From positions 1 through 6,333 of the forward strand of contig NZ_JAHDSX010000076.1 of the NCBI RefSeq assembly GCF_020969955.1: a stretch of 6,333 nt of DNA. Direction: 5' to 3'. How positions within the stretch are numbered: position 1 is the stretch's first letter; each line of letters begins with the position of its first letter. Source of the DNA: Allobaculum fili (GTDB lineage: Bacteria; Bacillota_I; Bacilli_A; Erysipelotrichales; Erysipelotrichaceae). Shown here piece after piece: positions 3,139-6,333 of this stretch. The notes beneath the pieces were generated by a model. It searched no databases. It was not told the DNA's origin and worked only from the letters and a program-made list of their open reading frames with translations. Made by a program: the position numbers and the translations under genes.

Positions 3139-5049
3139 ATGAAACTGCAGGTATCCAATTTATATAAGTCCTATGGCGCCCAGGACGTTCTGTCCAATGC
3201 AAGTCTGCAGGTCAAAGGCACCGAAAAAATCGGTCTGGTCGGGCGTAACGGATGCGGAAAAACAACGCTCCTCAACATCATCAGCGGAAAAGAAGATTTT
3301 GATCGCGGCGAAAGAATTGTCCCCAACGCGGTCCGGATCGGTTCACTGTCCCAGACCGTCTTTGAAGATAAAAATCAGACCGTTTTAGAAGCGCTCGAAG
3401 ACGTCTTCTTTGAACTGCGCAAAGTCGAAGCGGAACTGGCGCGGCAGGCGGAAGTGCTCGCGGAAGATTCCAGCGAAAAGCAGCTGGAAAAATACGACCG
3501 GCTTCAGACCCGTTTTGAATCGCTGGGCGGCTACGACTACGAACACGAAATGCGCAGCGTCTTCTTCCATTTTGGTTTTGAAGAAAGCGATCTTTCCAAA
3601 AAAATCAATGAGTTTTCTTCCGGTCAGCAGACCCGCATCGCGCTCGTAAAGCTGCTGCTGGAAAAGCCGGACGTTCTGCTGCTCGACGAGCCGACCAACC
3701 ATCTCGATCTGGATTCGATTGAATGGCTCGAAAGCTATATCAGCCGCTATCCAAGCGCCGTCATTCTCGTCAGCCATGACCGTATGTTTCTCGACCAAGT
3801 GTGCGATGAAATTGTCGAAATTGACCGCGGAAAAACGATGCGCTTTCCAGGCAGCTATTCTCACTACGTCAAAGCCAAGGAAGAGTGGATTAAGAAAAAC
3901 CACGACACCTACGTCCGTCAGCAGGAAGAAATTGCCCGTCTGGAAGCTCTGATTGAAAAATTTCGCTACAAGCGATCCAAGGCTGCGTTTGCCCAGTCCA
4001 AAATCAAATATCTCGACCGTATGGAAAAGCTCGACGATACGACCGCGGACAAATCGCGGATCAAAGCGGAGTTTTCCAGCGAACGCAAAGGCGGAAACCG
4101 GGTTCTGGAAGCAGAAGGCCTGACGTTTGGCTATGACCATCCGCTTTCAACGGTGAGCTTTGAACTGTTCCGTCAGAACCGCATCGGCATTGTCGGCCCG
4201 AACGGCATCGGCAAGTCGACCTTGCTAAAAACGCTGATTGGAAAGATCCCGCCTTTAGGCGGTCAGTTTGCGTTCGGCCATCAGATCGATATCGGCTACT
4301 TTGATCAGGAAACTGCCGCCATGCATTCCAGCAAGACCGTAATCGATACGCTCTGGGACGATCAGCCAGAAGCAAGCCAGACGCAGATCCGTTCCGTACT
4401 GGCTGCGTTCCTGTTTACCCAGGATGAGGTGTTCAAGGAAGTGAACGATCTGTCCGGAGGCGAAAAAGTCTGTCTCTCGCTCGCCCGTCTGATGATGAAT
4501 CACGATAACCTTCTGATTCTTGACGAACCGACCAACCATCTCGATATTCCAGCCAAAGAAGCTCTCGAAGCCGCGCTTAAAAACTATGACGGCACGCTGC
4601 TGTTCGTTTCCCACGACCGTATGTTCCTGTCCAAAATGGCCGATAAGGTTCTTGAAATCGGCGAGGACAGTCATCTTTATGACTGCTCGTATACCGAATA
4701 CGCGCAAAAGAAAAAAGAGGGAACGCTCGATTCCCTCAAAACAGCTGAAGTCCCGGCCTCTTCGCGCCGCGGCCGTACGCCGGCTGCAGCGCCCGCTCCC
4801 AAAACGGCTGCGCAGCTGCGTCAGGAGAAAAACACCCTTTCCAATCGCGTGACCAAACTCGAAGCCATGCTGGAAAAAGCCGAAGCTGAGCTGGAAGAGC
4901 TGCGTGAGCTTCGCTACGATCCGGAATATTATCAGGACTATCGCAAGATGGAAGAACTCGATGGCCGGATTGACGATAAGCATAACGAGATTGCGGCCTA
5001 TACGAAGGAATGGGAAGAGAAGATGTCCGCTCTTGAAGAGATGAGCTGA
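3139..5049 (+). CDS. ABC-F family ATPase (two ABC domains, no TMD, Uup/YdiF-like C-terminal coiled coil); probable translation or ribosome-associated factor
   Basis: ATG 3139 is preceded by AGAAAGGAAA with a 4-nt gap. The tracked start at 2986 is a GTG inside the upstream terminator. NBD1: Walker A GRNGCGKTT, signature FSSGQQ, Walker B LLLDEPTNHLD, H-loop VSHDR. Inter-domain linker ...RQQEEIARLEALIEKFRYKRSKAAFAQSKIKYLDRMEKL. NBD2: GPNGIGKST, LSGGEK, LILDEPTNHLD, VSHDR. A P/A-rich spacer precedes a heptad-like acidic/basic tail. TGA at 5047-5049. Confidence 0.93.
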   Translation: MKLQVSNLYKSYGAQDVLSNASLQVKGTEKIGLVGRNGCGKTTLLNIISGKEDFDRGERIVPNAVRIGSLSQTVFEDKNQTVLEALEDVFFELRKVEAELARQAEVLAEDSSEKQLEKYDRLQTRFESLGGYDYEHEMRSVFFHFGFEESDLSKKINEFSSGQQTRIALVKLLLEKPDVLLLDEPTNHLDLDSIEWLESYISRYPSAVILVSHDRMFLDQVCDEIVEIDRGKTMRFPGSYSHYVKAKEEWIKKNHDTYVRQQEEIARLEALIEKFRYKRSKAAFAQSKIKYLDRMEKLDDTTADKSRIKAEFSSERKGGNRVLEAEGLTFGYDHPLSTVSFELFRQNRIGIVGPNGIGKSTLLKTLIGKIPPLGGQFAFGHQIDIGYFDQETAAMHSSKTVIDTLWDDQPEASQTQIRSVLAAFLFTQDEVFKEVNDLSGGEKVCLSLARLMMNHDNLLILDEPTNHLDIPAKEALEAALKNYDGTLLFVSHDRMFLSKMADKVLEIGEDSHLYDCSYTEYAQKKKEGTLDSLKTAEVPASSRRGRTPAAAPAPKTAAQLRQEKNTLSNRVTKLEAMLEKAEAELEELRELRYDPEYYQDYRKMEELDGRIDDKHNEIAAYTKEWEEKMSALEEMS

Positions 5050-5105
5050 TCCGCAAAGAAAGAAGATATCGGCAGACATCCGTCTTCTTTTGCGGATCTG
5101 GTTTT
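5048..5105 (+). terminator. Long hairpin overlapping the ABC-F stop codon; probable terminator
   Basis: GATCCGCAAA(5048-5057)/TTTGCGGATC(5089-5098) plus AGAAGA(5061-5066)/TCTTCT(5083-5088), with a 3-nt bulge. It is followed by TGGTTTTCC, a T4 run offset by 3 nt, so the U-tract is sub-optimal. Confidence 0.45.
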
Positions 5106-5206
5106 CCTGTCTCAAGGGGATCGGCTCGTTTGTTCAAAGATCGTTCTGGTGCTTTCCTGCCGGATTCAGGAGAAACGCATCTTTTCCATATCAAATCATG
5201 AACAAG

Positions 5207-5240
5207 AAAGCGTCCGATCGAAGAGATCGGGCGCTTTTGT
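5207..5240. terminator. Bidirectional terminator between the convergent ABC-F and SDR genes
   Basis: AAAGCGTCCGATC(5207-5219)/GATCGGGCGCTTT(5225-5237): 13 bp with loop gaaga. One T-G pair on plus becomes a C-A mismatch on minus. TTTTGT follows on plus and TTTCTTGTT on minus. Confidence 0.7.
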
Positions 5241-5355
5241 CTGGAAAGGAAATCGGTCTGTCCGCGTGCCGTGCCTGGCATGGCCTCGGTCGGGATTCGA
5301 TCGGTTATCCAGTGAGAATTCTTTTTGATTTTGCCTTTTGACCCGCGTACAAGGC

Positions 5356-6111
5356 TTAGGAAATCCAGCCGCCGTCGACGACGAGCACGTCGCCGGAAAC
5401 GTAGGAAGACTGATCGGAAGCGAGGAAGAGCGCTGCGTTGGCGATTTCTTCCGGGGCTCCGGGTTCTGGAGACATTGCCAGCATTTTCGATACTTTTCCA
5501 TAGCCGTCCATGTTCGGCATGCCCATGGAAGTGCTGATTTCCGTGGCGATTCCGCCTGGAGCGATGGCGTTGCAGCGAATGCCGTCTGCCCAGTACATGA
5601 AGGACGTGTTCTTGGTCATGGAAATGAGGGCAGCTTTGGAGGCGCAGTAGATCACGCCGGCTACATTTCGCATGCCGCCGACCGAAGCGACATTGACGAT
5701 GGAGCCTTTGGTTCCTTTTTCCTTGAAGACTCTGACAGCCTTGCGCATGGCGCACATCGGGCCGAATACGTTGACTTTCATGACGTGATCGAATTTTTCA
5801 TCGGTCGCATCGGCTACGCCGGCCATGTCGTCCATGACGCCCGCATTGTTGATCAGAATATCGAAGCCGCCGAACGTTTCCAGACAGAAATCAATCATGG
5901 CGTCATTGTTTTCTGCGACGGATACGTCCGCTGCGAAGATTTCGACTTTTCCTGGCGCGTCGCTCAGCGATTCCTTGAGCGCTTCGAGGCGTTCCTTACG
6001 ACGGGCAACCGCTGCGACATTCGCGCCTTCCTTCACGAAACGTTCGACGATGGCTTTGCCCATGCCGCTCGAGGCACCGGTCACCACCGCGCATTTTCCT
6101 TCTAATAACAT
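5356..6111 (-). CDS. Classical short-chain dehydrogenase/reductase (SDR), FabG-like; substrate unknown
   Basis: 251 aa. Motifs: TGASSGMG (TGxxxGxG cofactor motif), NNAG, Ser (VASVGG) plus YCASK (YxxxK catalytic motif), PGGIAT. The ATG (6111->6109) is preceded by AAGGAGAG (6124->6117) with a 5-nt spacer. TAA at 5358->5356. Confidence 0.93.
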   Translation of the reverse strand: MLLEGKCAVVTGASSGMGKAIVERFVKEGANVAAVARRKERLEALKESLSDAPGKVEIFAADVSVAENNDAMIDFCLETFGGFDILINNAGVMDDMAGVADATDEKFDHVMKVNVFGPMCAMRKAVRVFKEKGTKGSIVNVASVGGMRNVAGVIYCASKAALISMTKNTSFMYWADGIRCNAIAPGGIATEISTSMGMPNMDGYGKVSKMLAMSPEPGAPEEIANAALFLASDQSSYVSGDVLVVDGGWIS

Positions 6112-6125
6112 TGGTACTCTCCTTG

Positions 6126-6141
6126 CCGGCTTGAACGCCGG
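6126..6141 (-). promoter_or_regulatory. Small GC hairpin in the SDR 5' UTR, just upstream of the SD
   Basis: CCGGC(6126-6130)/GCCGG(6137-6141) with a 6-nt loop. It lies between the TATAAT box and the SD, close to the predicted 5' end of the mRNA. Confidence 0.35.
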
Positions 6142-6153
6142 GTTTTGTCTACC

Positions 6154-6159
6154 ATTATA
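6154..6159 (-). promoter_or_regulatory. Consensus -10 box (TATAAT) for the SDR gene
   Basis: Perfect TATAAT on the minus strand (6159->6154), 42 nt upstream of the ATG. No acceptable -35 at 16-19 nt. A perfect TTGACA (6219->6214) sits 54 nt upstream, too far to pair with it. Confidence 0.4.
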
Positions 6160-6167
6160 GCCGCTTC

Positions 6168-6181
6168 ATTATGAATTATGA
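6168..6181. repeat. Tandem heptamer ATTATGA x2 (TCATAAT x2 on minus)
   Basis: Exact tandem copies at 6168-6174 and 6175-6181. A related ATTATAG at 6154-6160 carries the -10 box. Confidence 0.7.
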
Positions 6182-6263
6182 TAAGGCTTGCAGATTCCCC
6201 GAACGAATGTAAGTGTCAAACAATCGACGGGTATACGCGAGACTGAATATTAGATACGCTAAA

Positions 6264-6285
6264 CGGGATCCCTTTCGAGATCCCG
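6264..6285 (-). terminator. Hairpin, possible weak terminator of a gene entering from the right edge
   Basis: CGGGATC(6264-6270)/GATCCCG(6279-6285): 7 bp with an 8-nt loop. The minus strand has only TTT after it. The plus strand has T7 (6294-6300), but 8 nt away from the stem. Confidence 0.3.
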
Positions 6286-6333
6286 CTTGGCGTATTTTTT
6301 ATTCTTCATCGTTTTCTTCATACTTCGGATCCG

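Noticed and set aside
3173-6160. Other ORFs overlapping the ABC-F and SDR genes: 3173-3388, 3385-4140(-), 3410-3649, 3719-3952, 4061-4375(-), 4255-5115(-), 4520-4852, 4736-5755(-), 5090-5341, 5196-5501(-), 5325-5537, 5338-6105(+), 5825-6160(+).
   Set aside because: These are antisense or off-frame shadows of two genes with unmistakable ABC and SDR motifs. They have highly basic, low-complexity translations, and several run across terminator hairpins.
6299-6333. Possible 3' end of a minus-strand gene entering from the right edge (...DPKYEENDEE, stop TAA 6301->6299), followed by the hairpin at 6264-6285.
   Set aside because: Only 10 complete codons are visible, and another frame is equally open. 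This cannot be supported from the window alone.
1-6333. Scan for CRISPR repeats, IS inverted repeats or transposase, tRNA, tmRNA or RNase P signatures (GGTTCGA T-arm, GAGGAAAGTCC), integron attC cores (GCCTAAC at 869-875, GTTGGGT at 1264-1270), and known defence-system genes.
   Set aside because: There is no periodic repeat-spacer pattern, no terminal inverted repeats and no conserved RNA signature strings. The attC-like cores are 400 nt apart and unpaired. The gene content (pseudo-amidase, ABC-F, SDR) matches no defence system I know of.

Overview
6,333-bp window, about 50% GC, with Bacillota (Firmicutes)-style signals (AAGGAG-type Shine-Dalgarno sites, hairpin plus U-tract terminators); the taxon is only an impression. 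From nt ~1480 onward there are three well-supported genes. (1) 1483-2940 (+): a single-pass membrane protein whose C-terminal half aligns by eye to the Amidase_3 (MurNAc-L-Ala amidase) fold but has lost the Zn-ligand and catalytic residues. (2) 3139-5049 (+): an ABC-F ATPase with two NBDs and a C-terminal coiled coil; the true start is well inside the tracked ORF. (3) 5356-6111 (-): a classical SDR oxidoreductase, convergent with the ABC-F gene and sharing a bidirectional terminator. The unusual part is nt 1-1476, about 1.4 kb with no credible CDS. It is packed with strong hairpins and terminators on both strands, G-free CU-rich tracts, exact short repeats, and helices whose G-U pairs work only on the plus strand. 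I read this as one or more uncharacterised small or structured RNAs: possibly a tandem sibling-sRNA array with anti-Shine-Dalgarno seeds, plus a convergent antisense pair at the left edge. All of it is inferred by eye, and I recognised no known RNA family. I saw no tRNA, rRNA, CRISPR array, IS or transposase, or known defence gene.
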